From IMG/VR virus record IMGVR_UViG_3300017963_000189: a stretch of DNA of 64,000 bases. One strand, 5' to 3'. Of the stretch, positions 46,623 through 55,610 are shown in pieces. The DNA comes from a virus (taxonomy: Duplodnaviria; Caudoviricetes). The stretch's first letter is position 1. Each line of letters begins with the position of its first letter. The notes beneath the pieces were generated by a model that did no database searches, was not told where the DNA came from, and saw nothing but the letters and a program-made list of their open reading frames with translations. The position numbers were made by a program, and so were the translations under genes.

Positions 46623-46811
46623 CTACGGCTTGTAACGTCGAGAAGTACACTCAACATTCCATTTCATTGTGGCTTCTTTTATAGTTTCTTCTTTTTCGCC
46701 AGAAAACCCACAATCAACACAATGTATTTGTATTAATGTGGGCTCTCCCATATAAACGTTTGGTATCAATCTTTTACTATTACAATCTGGGCATGGTAGG
46801 CAACCGTCCAT
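46623..46811 (-). CDS. Lar-like zinc-ribbon protein
   Basis: LPCPDC...I.CVDCG......EA..KWN. Confidence 0.65.
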   Translation of the reverse strand: MDGCLPCPDCNSKRLIPNVYMGEPTLIQIHCVDCGFSGEKEETIKEATMKWNVECTSRRYKP

Positions 46812-46857
46812 TTTTCTCTCCTTAAAAGTTTTATATAAATAGATGGTTGTATAAAAT

Positions 46858-47331
46858 TTAACGTCTTACATATCTTATCATCATACAATATCTCGGTTCA
46901 AATGTTTCAGGATCATAGATCGCTGGAGTAAGTCTAAGAATATAAAAATGAAACATATTCAAATCTAACTCACGAAACTCAGCTTCCATTTCCTCTACAA
47001 TACATTTTAAAGTATATTGTTTCATGTCCTTATTGAATTTAGAATATCGTTCTGAAATATAAGGTTTTAATTTACGAGTTTTAGCAGTAAATAGATCACC
47101 TTGAATATGTTCTGTACAATATTTCATTTGTTTCCAGTTGAACTTTGTCTTATGATTTTTAAGATATTCAAAGAAATCATTTGTTAACATTTCAGATTCT
47201 TCATCTTCTACTGAAACATGACTAATCTCTTTTTCCTTTTCATATACCTTAACTTCTTTTGCATTTGATACTATTACTTTTGTCGCCATTGGTATGGCTA
47301 ACATACTACCTAAAAAATTTCTTCGTCTCAT
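46858..47331 (-). CDS. mini protein with T4 gp23-like capsid segments and RR-signal-like N-terminus
   Basis: MRRRNFLG; TAKTRKLK; TPAIYDPETFEPR...IRY. Confidence 0.65.
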   Translation of the reverse strand: MRRRNFLGSMLAIPMATKVIVSNAKEVKVYEKEKEISHVSVEDEESEMLTNDFFEYLKNHKTKFNWKQMKYCTEHIQGDLFTAKTRKLKPYISERYSKFNKDMKQYTLKCIVEEMEAEFRELDLNMFHFYILRLTPAIYDPETFEPRYCMMIRYVRR

Positions 47332-47334
47332 AAC

Positions 47335-48243
47335 TTACTCCCACGGAATTTCTATTCCTAATCGTTTCGCCTTTTCTTCAAACTCTAATCGTTCTATGTT
47401 GTTTTTTAATGTTCCATCTTCACGTAAATTAAACCAACCATACAAATTCGCTTTTTTAAAGGAATATAAATCTCGTTTAGGTATAAAATCTGGCGATTGT
47501 AATAAATGTATTAACCCAATATCCCGTGCTGTCAATGTAATAGCGTTCAGGCGATAATCCTCAAAGGCGCCCCACGTCAATGGAAATAACTTGGCGACAA
47601 TCTCGTTCCCTATTATCGTAGCATATTCCCTTATCTCTTTCTGAGCATGACTATCCATTCTCAACGATAAAAAATGTAAAAGATTATGCAAATCGATTTT
47701 CCAATACGCCATTGTATATGTGGATAAAGGTAAATCCTTACGGGCTTGTTCCCTGGCAACTCCCTTTTCTAATCGTTGTTTGTATATGTTGTTCGTCAAC
47801 TCGTGTAAATGACTCTCTTGAAATGTTAATCCGGCACCGGTGAGTAGTGGTAAAGTCTCACCACTTCCTTGTTTGTTTATCTTCCCTTGTGTTCGCCAGT
47901 CCTCTGGCTTCGTCATTTGTTTCTCGTCTATCGCCTCAGAATACCTTGTAGAATACTCATTTACACTTGCTGTGCGATGTCTTATCCATTGACGCCAACA
48001 ATCCATTGGTACTTTTACATGGAACTTTAATTCGCATTGCTCAAACGGCGTTGTGTGTCGATGTCTCATAAGGTATCGAATTAAGCCTTCATCTTCATGA
48101 CGTGTCTTTGTTCCCTTTCCATAACTTACTCTGGCTGCTTGCACCACGGCTTCGTCACTACCCATCACATCAACCAAACGAATAAAACCCTTATCTAAAA
48201 CCTTGAACTCTTTCCCTATCAATTCATTTTTTATCTTGTCCAT
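47335..48243 (-). CDS. thyX: flavin-dependent thymidylate synthase
   Basis: AARVSY, H.TPFE, RQWIRHRTASVNEYSTRY, NLLHFLSLR...AQ.EIR. Confidence 0.95.
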   Translation of the reverse strand: MDKIKNELIGKEFKVLDKGFIRLVDVMGSDEAVVQAARVSYGKGTKTRHEDEGLIRYLMRHRHTTPFEQCELKFHVKVPMDCWRQWIRHRTASVNEYSTRYSEAIDEKQMTKPEDWRTQGKINKQGSGETLPLLTGAGLTFQESHLHELTNNIYKQRLEKGVAREQARKDLPLSTYTMAYWKIDLHNLLHFLSLRMDSHAQKEIREYATIIGNEIVAKLFPLTWGAFEDYRLNAITLTARDIGLIHLLQSPDFIPKRDLYSFKKANLYGWFNLREDGTLKNNIERLEFEEKAKRLGIEIPWE

Positions 48244-48451
48244 AATCTATTCCTAACAATTCTTTAGGTAATTTATTCAACTTTCCACAAATTTTACATA
48301 TTTCGTAATCTTCTAAATCAATTACTCCACCATATACATAAATGTGATCACATAATTTTTCACGAATACCCTCAATAGTTTTTCTACTATCCTCTATTCG
48401 TTTTTTATGTTTCTCAATCGACGCTTTCAACGCTTTCTGTTGATTGTTCAT
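48224..48451 (-). CDS. zinc-binding coiled-coil protein
   Basis: CDH...CKIC. Confidence 0.6.
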   Translation of the reverse strand: MNNQQKALKASIEKHKKRIEDSRKTIEGIREKLCDHIYVYGGVIDLEDYEICKICGKLNKLPKELLGIDYGQDKK

Positions 48452-48761
48452 TTTCTTTCTCTCTTTCTGTCAAAAGTTCTTTCAACTCATTAAATCTGTC
48501 GATTGACCATTGACGTTTATCTTCCATGTAAATATGTGGACACGCTAATCCATTAGGCACCCATTCGTCACCAACTTTATTGAAAAATTCAATAGGAACT
48601 ACACCCGGAACGCCTTCATCTAACAACCCTACAACTATCCCCAAATCCTCATGAACGCTATGAATCTTGGCGATTGAATAACGACCATAATCACGATGAA
48701 ATGTTTCTCTCTTTGCGAATGGATCAAACCTTGAACCAACCTTTGCTCTTTTCTTTGGCAT
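48414..48761 (-). CDS. hypothetical protein
   Basis: 115 aa; AAGGAG RBS. Confidence 0.7.
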   Translation of the reverse strand: MPKKRAKVGSRFDPFAKRETFHRDYGRYSIAKIHSVHEDLGIVVGLLDEGVPGVVPIEFFNKVGDEWVPNGLACPHIYMEDKRQWSIDRFNELKELLTEREKENEQSTESVESVD

Positions 48762-48944
48762 AATTTCTCCTTAACTATTATCTTTTATATATTCCATTAT
48801 TGCTATTTGATTTTTTAAATTTTGTAACCACAAACGATATTCTAACGCTTTTATGAATTCAGAATCACTTCCTTGTCTATCATGTATAGCTTCTAATATT
48901 TCTTTGCTGTCAGCTAATTCCTTTTCCATAACCTTTTCCTTTCT

Positions 48945-49271
48945 TTAATGTCGTCCGTTCATCATACGACGATTCATTGTTTTGTTTATAACCTTATGTT
49001 GTAAAGTAGGTACATTAACCTTTCTTTTTATACTCCGTTCTATACGACCAAGTTCCATTATTTGTAAATCTTCTCTCTCTTGTTCTTTTCGCCAATGTTC
49101 TTCCTCTTGTTCCTTTGTATAACCATCCGTAGTGTCGGTACAATATGGACAATTCGTTCTTACATCAGCAGTTCCGTTCCAAGATTCACAATTCCAACTA
49201 TTAGCTGTTGACGTGTCACAATCACACCGCGAATAGACACGCCTCATATATTCATATAAACTTATACTCAT
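48945..49271 (-). CDS. Cys-rich hypothetical protein
   Basis: CDC...C...CPYC. Confidence 0.6.
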   Translation of the reverse strand: MSISLYEYMRRVYSRCDCDTSTANSWNCESWNGTADVRTNCPYCTDTTDGYTKEQEEEHWRKEQEREDLQIMELGRIERSIKRKVNVPTLQHKVINKTMNRRMMNGRH

Positions 49272-49386
49272 TTTTTCTTATACTTTCTATAAAAATAGTG
49301 ACCATAACCGGCGACTACAATCAAAATACCCATTATTATAGGCATTAAATCTTTCATAACATCCATGTTGTGTTCCTATCCTTTCA

Positions 49387-49680
49387 TTAAAATTTGTTTA
49401 ACCATTCCCAACCATATTTTTTGATCAGCCAACGGCGAAGCTGGTAAAGCGGTTTACCAATGTAATGACCATAACTGTGGTAATTTGGATTGTCATAAAC
49501 TCGTTGTAATCTGTGTTGACCTATATCGTCTACGGTGAGCCATGTACCAAGTGATGTGAGTATAGTTCCCCACACAATATTACCCATACAGAGTTGCCAA
49601 ATACCAACTCCAATCATTATTAAACCAGTATATAAATGATGCCATCCTTTGACATCGAACATAAAATATTTATCTAACAT
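49387..49680 (-). CDS. membrane protein
   Basis: WHHLYTG, 2 TM, DD...H; GGGAGAG RBS. Confidence 0.75.
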   Translation of the reverse strand: MLDKYFMFDVKGWHHLYTGLIMIGVGIWQLCMGNIVWGTILTSLGTWLTVDDIGQHRLQRVYDNPNYHSYGHYIGKPLYQLRRWLIKKYGWEWLNKF

Positions 49681-49733
49681 ATGTACTCTCCCTATTTATT
49701 ATACATCTATAAATAGAGAAAGTTCCATATATT

Positions 49734-49922
49734 TTATTCTTCAGCAGCAGCTGTTTTTCTATTACGTCTTGTTTTATGACGACCTTTCTTTTGTTTCTTG
49801 TTTCGCCATCTAACATCTTCCGGTTTCATCCTCGTTTTCTTAACCTTTGAGATTTTTTCAACATCTTCTAAATCTTCCATTTCTTCATAATCTTCAATGT
49901 CGTTAAGATTTACTTTACTCAC
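49734..49922 (-). CDS. small acidic/basic protein
   Basis: Acidic N-half, K/R-rich C-half. Confidence 0.65.
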   Translation of the reverse strand: MSKVNLNDIEDYEEMEDLEDVEKISKVKKTRMKPEDVRWRNKKQKKGRHKTRRNRKTAAAEE

Positions 49923-50253
49923 TGTCTTGCTCCTTGTTTATTTCTACTTCTTTGATTAATTCTATAACATTTTCTGTTATAAGTTCTATTCTATTATCAT
50001 ACTCATGATAATGTTCACCAATTTCTCTTACTTTTTCTAACAACTCGTTTAAATTTTGTTCTTTCCATTTTCGACCACCAACCTTTAACAAACCAGAATA
50101 TGTACCTGGCCCCATATCATCAATAAATCTATAACTTATGCCACAAAATGTACAACTATGTCCTATACGATATTTGGGATTATCGTTCCATACCATTTCT
50201 CTACCACATTCAGGACATATTCCTTTATCTATTTTATTATATCTATCACTCAT
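49915..50253 (-). CDS. zinc-ribbon protein
   Basis: CPEC and CTFC. Confidence 0.7.
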   Translation of the reverse strand: MSDRYNKIDKGICPECGREMVWNDNPKYRIGHSCTFCGISYRFIDDMGPGTYSGLLKVGGRKWKEQNLNELLEKVREIGEHYHEYDNRIELITENVIELIKEVEINKEQDSE

Positions 50254-50609
50254 TTCAATCCCTCTTTATAAAGATACCAATCAAGTGTTGGCTTTTCATC
50301 CGAATTTGTGTCCCAGACCGCTCTCTCAATTTTTGGACATTCTTCATATTCGAATCGTCCGTCCATTTCATACAAAACATATAATCTTACATGAAGTTCT
50401 TCAGCAATCTCTTTTAATTTCTTATAGTCAAGAGTTAAATCTATATCACCAAACCAAATCTTACCATATTCCATTGTAACGATATTACTATTGAATATAG
50501 TTAAATGTGTTGGATATTGTTTTTCATATGTTGATTTTGAATATGATACCATTCGGCCGGGTGTAAACCCATGTTCTATAAATACTTTTTCTATTTCATA
50601 CAGTTCCAT
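50250..50609 (-). CDS. conserved phage protein
   Basis: GRMVS.SKS.Y....P....FN.N......KIWFGDIDLT...LYVL.E.DGRF. Confidence 0.75.
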   Translation of the reverse strand: MELYEIEKVFIEHGFTPGRMVSYSKSTYEKQYPTHLTIFNSNIVTMEYGKIWFGDIDLTLDYKKLKEIAEELHVRLYVLYEMDGRFEYEECPKIERAVWDTNSDEKPTLDWYLYKEGLK

Positions 50610-51000
50610 CTAATAACACCTTATATATAATTAATAACTGAACTAAATGTAACCATTGATCAAATCCAATGACTACAAAAAAGTTGTGATAATCTTTTTT
50701 CTTCCATAACTTTGATGTTAATTTACTCGATAAAAAATCAGTAACCCAGTGCCACCCGAATACCATACACCAAAAAGGAAAAAGAACAAATGTACTTGGA
50801 GGCGAAGTTTCAAGAATAAATCCATGAATAATCATAACAAGTAACATCATCCAAAATGTTGTGACTGTCGCATATACTCCAGAATGATATGTCAACCACA
50901 TATTATCTTTTGATTTCTTTGTCGCCATTTCCTCACTTTGACAAATAAAATCGGCGATAAAATGACCTAACATGATAACTAAAACTATCCAAATTTCCAT
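50596..51000 (-). CDS. DUF3307-like membrane protein
   Basis: HFIADFICQ...K......L..H...H..TD...GFDQ.LH. Confidence 0.8.
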   Translation of the reverse strand: MEIWIVLVIMLGHFIADFICQSEEMATKKSKDNMWLTYHSGVYATVTTFWMMLLVMIIHGFILETSPPSTFVLFPFWCMVFGWHWVTDFLSSKLTSKLWKKKDYHNFFVVIGFDQWLHLVQLLIIYKVLLDGTV

Positions 51001-51218
51001 TATTTTTTCCCTTTTAATGACTTTATTAATTGTTCTTTTTTGATTTCCATTTCTTCAAAATTATCTACTAAATCTTCAAAAATATCTTCAGGTTTCAGCA
51101 ATGGTTCAGTATCTGGATAATACTTTTTATTTAATTTTTTTATTTGTTCAATATATTGACGAGCTTTTTCTTCAGCTATTTTTCTTCTTTTCGATTTCAT
51201 TCTTTTTTCTTTCTTCAT
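51000..51218 (-). CDS. hypothetical protein
   Basis: 72 aa charged. Confidence 0.6.
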   Translation of the reverse strand: MKKEKRMKSKRRKIAEEKARQYIEQIKKLNKKYYPDTEPLLKPEDIFEDLVDNFEEMEIKKEQLIKSLKGKK

Positions 51219-51552
51219 TGATTGCCGCGGCAGCTACGTGAGCAGCAAAATCTTCCATTTGTTTTACCGTTAAATGTGGTACAAGAACTTCTCCACTTCC
51301 CCACGTTACACGATCACCATTATGTGTATTTGATTGCATCCAACTACGAGCAGCACCTAACCAACTACCACCTTTTCTACTCAACTCACACGGTAAAATC
51401 CTCTCTACTCGTTGTTGTTTCAATGGTTTATTATTTAATCGTTCCCATTTTACACCACCTATACCGGTACACGGTAAATCTTTTCTCCAACCCTCAGTTG
51501 ATTTACAATCGGGGAAATGATTACAAGTTCCACAAATCTTTTTTTCAAACAT
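51172..51552 (-). CDS. conserved phage protein
   Basis: WLGAARSWMQ....NGDRVTWGS. Confidence 0.7.
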   Translation of the reverse strand: MFEKKICGTCNHFPDCKSTEGWRKDLPCTGIGGVKWERLNNKPLKQQRVERILPCELSRKGGSWLGAARSWMQSNTHNGDRVTWGSGEVLVPHLTVKQMEDFAAHVAAAAINEERKKNEIEKKKNS

Positions 51553-51729
51553 TTTAATTCCACTCCCTAAAAATATTATTAAAATCTTCTATTTTACATT
51601 TTAATTCTCTTACAGGATATTCAGTAGAAAACGTTACCACATCTTTTTCAACATTCAAAACTTGTATCTTTTGAAATGGTATATTTTCATGATATTGAAT
51701 TGTTTTTGCTTTATATAACTTTCCTACTT

Positions 51730-53655
51730 TCATTTTCCCACCATTTTTAAGAAATCTACATCACTTATTATTTCAACTCCAAGACTCAGAGCTTTCTTAG
51801 TTTTACTACTTTGACTTGTTGGATCGGCTTGTACAAGATATGTTAACCCACTTGATACACTCTTAACTTGACCACCATTTTCTTTTACAAGAGTTTCTAA
51901 CATTCCTCTTTTATATCTATCTCCATTTTCGTCTGTCGCCTGAACCGCACCAGTAAAACAAAATGACTTACCACTTAGTTTACTTTCGTCCTCAGAACTT
52001 GAAGTTTTTTCAAGGATTTTTACACCATTTTGAACTAACTCATTTATGATATGTTCTTTTTCGTCCATTCCATTCAAGAATGATGTCGCCGTCTTTTCCT
52101 CGATTCCCTTGATCCCTACAAGAGTTTCAAGATTCAAGGCGAAAAGTTTCTCCAATGTATCATGACCATTCTCAACCAATAATTCAACCATTGAAGTTGA
52201 AAAGTTTCTAATGTTCAATCCACCAATGAATTGACTCAAAGGTAACTCTCTCTTACCTTGAATTATAGTGTAAACCTTTTCTGCGGATCGTTTTCCAAAT
52301 CCCTCAAGATTTTCCATTTCATGTTGTTTAAGTGTATATAAATCTTGTGGTTCATACACTAAACCCTCATTGTAAAGTTTCTCTAATGTCTTTCCACCTA
52401 TACCCAAACTTTGCATTTCCGTAACACTCGCCCACTTCTTCAGATCACCAATTTTGGCTCCATCGCACATCGGGTTAGGACACACAAGAAATTTCCCATC
52501 AGCAACAGGTGGTTCACCACAAACAGGACATTCGTCAGCAGGATCAAAAGGAGCTTCACCTTTATATTCAACTACTTTTTCTACATATGGAATAACATCA
52601 TTTCTACGTGATACAAGAACAGTATCTCCAGGTCGAAGTTCTAATGTTAAGAAGTTTTCAAGATTGTGTAATGACGCACGTTTGACCGTAACTCCGCCCA
52701 TTTCAACTGGCTCAAGTTCGGCAACAGGTGTAAGTGTTCCACTTTTACCTAACTGCCATGTAATATCATTGATTGTTGTTTCTTTCTTCATTGATTTAAA
52801 TTTGTATGCTACAGCACCTTTTGGACGATCATTCTTTTCGCCAAGTCTAAGAAAATGATTTGTATCGTTTATATCAATAACAAGTCCATCAATTTCATAT
52901 GATAAACTACTTCTTACACTATTTTCATAAATTTCTACTCGTTCAGGTACTTCATCAGTATTACACATCGCAACAAAAGAAGTAGGTAATCCCATATAAC
53001 CCAAAAATTCAAACTTTTCTTGTTTTGTATCAAAATCACCGGTAACATCAAAATAAACAATACTCAAATATTCAGCATATTTTCCATCATATCTCTTAGC
53101 GATACCACTTGCTCCATTACGAAGATTTTTCAATGGTTCTTCGCCACGAGATTCTTGAATAGAAACTATCGTTTCAAAATCATCTTGTTTCAAAATAATC
53201 TCTCCACGAACCGAACCGGTAAAATTCTCTAACTTTTTCTCAACATTCTGCATCTTCATTACATTCTTTGTGATGTCCTCTCCAATAATACCATCACCAC
53301 GAGTAATCGCTTTGAAAAGAAGTCCATTGTAATATTCTAAATCAATAGAAATACCATCTAACTTTTCACTCAGTACATAATATTCACCGCTTACGCTGAG
53401 AGCCCATTTGAAAAATTCGTCTTTATTTGTGACCTTGTTCAAACTACCCATCGGTATTTTATGTGTCGCCTTTTCCCACTCGCTTGCGGGATCGATTGAC
53501 GAACCAACGGTTTTCAAAAATGGATCATTAGGATATTTCGATTTGAATTCATCATAGAGTTTATCGAACTCGGCGTCCGACATAATAGAATTTGATTTGT
53601 TGTAATAAGCATCTGAAGCTTCCAGAAGCAACTTCATCATTTCTTGTTTTGACAT
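51730..53655 (-). CDS. ligA: NAD-dependent DNA ligase
   Basis: M.SL.K, SEKLDG, TRGDG..GED, EIDG.V, A.KF, RASLHN, Zn finger CPVC/CDG, HhH, BRCT FCFTG. Confidence 0.97.
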   Translation of the reverse strand: MSKQEMMKLLLEASDAYYNKSNSIMSDAEFDKLYDEFKSKYPNDPFLKTVGSSIDPASEWEKATHKIPMGSLNKVTNKDEFFKWALSVSGEYYVLSEKLDGISIDLEYYNGLLFKAITRGDGIIGEDITKNVMKMQNVEKKLENFTGSVRGEIILKQDDFETIVSIQESRGEEPLKNLRNGASGIAKRYDGKYAEYLSIVYFDVTGDFDTKQEKFEFLGYMGLPTSFVAMCNTDEVPERVEIYENSVRSSLSYEIDGLVIDINDTNHFLRLGEKNDRPKGAVAYKFKSMKKETTINDITWQLGKSGTLTPVAELEPVEMGGVTVKRASLHNLENFLTLELRPGDTVLVSRRNDVIPYVEKVVEYKGEAPFDPADECPVCGEPPVADGKFLVCPNPMCDGAKIGDLKKWASVTEMQSLGIGGKTLEKLYNEGLVYEPQDLYTLKQHEMENLEGFGKRSAEKVYTIIQGKRELPLSQFIGGLNIRNFSTSMVELLVENGHDTLEKLFALNLETLVGIKGIEEKTATSFLNGMDEKEHIINELVQNGVKILEKTSSSEDESKLSGKSFCFTGAVQATDENGDRYKRGMLETLVKENGGQVKSVSSGLTYLVQADPTSQSSKTKKALSLGVEIISDVDFLKMVGK

Positions 53656-53678
53656 AATACTCCCTTTTTAATTTACTT

Positions 53679-53708
53679 AAATATACGAAATTTTTTACAC
53701 GTTGTCAA
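53679..53708 (-). promoter_or_regulatory. sigma70-type phage promoter P15 (ligA)
   Basis: TTGACA-18bp-TATATT with TTTCG before -10. Confidence 0.7.
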
Positions 53709-53934
53709 GTAAAATCTGATATTTTTTCATTTTTTCTAAAAATTCTTCAATATCCATTCTTCCGGGAGCATCATCTTTTCTTACATACATTCCTTCAAGT
53801 AACCCTTGTTCATTATTCTTTACAAGAACTTCAAGAATAATCCAGCCATCTTCGGCGTAAAACTTATTAAATGAAGTTTCGCCAAGTGACCAATATTGTT
53901 CGTCAATCTCACGAACCAAATAATATGTTGACAT
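53695..53934 (-). CDS. hypothetical protein
   Basis: 79 aa; GAGGA RBS. Confidence 0.7.
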   Translation of the reverse strand: MSTYYLVREIDEQYWSLGETSFNKFYAEDGWIILEVLVKNNEQGLLEGMYVRKDDAPGRMDIEEFLEKMKKYQILLDNV

Positions 53935-53936
53935 TA

Positions 53937-54140
53937 TTAATCCTCGTGTTTATATGACTCTTGTAAAAGTTGTTTATCAGTCCTTTTTATATTGACAAAT
54001 GGAATTTCCCTCTTAAACAAACAAAGATTATTTGGCCAAACATTCATAAGTTCCCAGCCTTCCTCTCCAAGTTCATTTAATATATTCGTCGCCAATTCAT
54101 TTTCATCAAATTTAACCTTTTTGTACTCAAATTTCTTCAT
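53937..54140 (-). CDS. DUF4177-like small protein
   Basis: FEYK...LNELGEEGWEL.......FKR. Confidence 0.7.
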   Translation of the reverse strand: MKKFEYKKVKFDENELATNILNELGEEGWELMNVWPNNLCLFKREIPFVNIKRTDKQLLQESYKHED

Positions 54141-54696
54141 CTAATTTCTCCTTAAATTCATCAAAAGATGTTGCTTCTTTATCTTTCTCTGACATAATTA
54201 CTTGATCCCAATCCCAACCAAAATTAAAACCAAATGGCGAAATTGAGTGTTCAGAATAAGATACTCTCATATGTGTACACTTATAATGAAATACAGTATC
54301 ATCAGTTAATGCTAGAAATCCATGAGCAAATCCAGGTGGTATCCAAAGTTGTCTTTGGTATCCTTCATGAACTTCATTGTTAAGAGCAGTAATATAATAT
54401 TCTCCAAACGTTTCAGAGTTTTTACGAATATCAATAACAACGTCAAGAACTTCGCCATTTAAAACTTGCGCCAACTTACCTTGTCCATCTGGTTCTTTTT
54501 GATAATGAAGTCCACGAAATACATTTTGATTTGATACAGAAACTAACTCATGTATAAAATCAAAATTTTCTAATCCCGGTATCGATCTCTTGTATTTCTT
54601 GTCGGTATAAGATTCAAATAGATAACCTCTACTATCTTTATAAACTGGCGTCAAAATAACATACAAACCCTCTAATTCAGTTTTCTTTACAATCAT
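54127..54696 (-). CDS. rmlC: dTDP-4-dehydrorhamnose 3,5-epimerase
   Basis: D.RG...ESY, S.S..NVFRGLHYQ, DV.IDIRK.S.TFG, LWIPPGFAHGF..L. Confidence 0.92.
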   Translation of the reverse strand: MIVKKTELEGLYVILTPVYKDSRGYLFESYTDKKYKRSIPGLENFDFIHELVSVSNQNVFRGLHYQKEPDGQGKLAQVLNGEVLDVVIDIRKNSETFGEYYITALNNEVHEGYQRQLWIPPGFAHGFLALTDDTVFHYKCTHMRVSYSEHSISPFGFNFGWDWDQVIMSEKDKEATSFDEFKEKLDEEI

Positions 54697-55610
54697 AATT
54701 CCCTCTCTAAATAAATAGGTAGCCAATCTTCTAAACGTGTCTCAGGTTCCCAGCCAAACGTTTCTTTAGCTAAACTTATATCAGCATGTGTCTTATATGG
54801 CTCAATAACCGGTGGTTTATAAATCCTATCACACTTCGTTACTTTCTCAAATATATCAGCTACTTGATTCACTGATAATGGATTTCCACCACCTATATTA
54901 AATGCGTCACCAAATGCTACACCCGCACAAGCTTCACTATTAGCAGCCATCATGTTGGCTCTTACCACGTCACCAACAAATGTGAAATCCCTTTGTTGAT
55001 TTCCATCACCATTTATTTCTATCGGTTTCTTTTGTTTTATTAAGTTTATCCATTTACCAATCAATAACATATATGCTCCCTCTTGAGGCATTCTGTTACC
55101 AAATACATTGAAATATCTCAATGATACTGCTGGTACGTCATATAAATCAGCATACAACCTTATATATTGTTCGCCAATTAATTTCTGTAACGCGTATGGA
55201 CTGGATGGATTTTTCTGAGCAATTTCATTTACAGGAAATTGTACTTGTTCTCCATAAACCGATGAAGATGAAGAATATACAAATTTTATTAAATTTTTAT
55301 TATTTCTAAGAGCCTCTAATACATTCAATAAACCATTTACATTTACTCTGTGATACGGGAGCGGATTTTCTATTGATGGTTGAACTCTGGCTTTAGCAGC
55401 TAAATAAAACACATAATCAGCATCTAAAAGTATCTCATAAGTCTTTTGATTTAAATAACTAACATCGTTTTTCTGAACAATGTGATTTGGAACATTCTCT
55501 ACACAACCGGTACTCAAATCATCAACGATAATGACTTTGCCAAACTTGTCCAACTTATCAACTAAATGACTACCTATAAAACCGGCTCCACCAATAACTA
55601 CAAATTTCAT
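54693..55610 (-). CDS. NAD-dependent nucleotide-sugar epimerase/dehydratase (extended SDR)
   Basis: GGAGFIG, SSSSVYG, YALQK, LRYFNVFG, RDFT.V.D. Confidence 0.92.
   Translation of the reverse strand: MKFVVIGGAGFIGSHLVDKLDKFGKVIIVDDLSTGCVENVPNHIVQKNDVSYLNQKTYEILLDADYVFYLAAKARVQPSIENPLPYHRVNVNGLLNVLEALRNNKNLIKFVYSSSSSVYGEQVQFPVNEIAQKNPSSPYALQKLIGEQYIRLYADLYDVPAVSLRYFNVFGNRMPQEGAYMLLIGKWINLIKQKKPIEINGDGNQQRDFTFVGDVVRANMMAANSEACAGVAFGDAFNIGGGNPLSVNQVADIFEKVTKCDRIYKPPVIEPYKTHADISLAKETFGWEPETRLEDWLPIYLEREL

Noticed and set aside
46572-49715. T4 late promoters TATAAATA
   Set aside because: They lie on the plus strand, opposite to the genes; kept only as the reverse-motif candidate.
47335-53655. Inteins or introns in thyX and ligA
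   Set aside because: Normal lengths, contiguous motifs and no splice-junction signatures.
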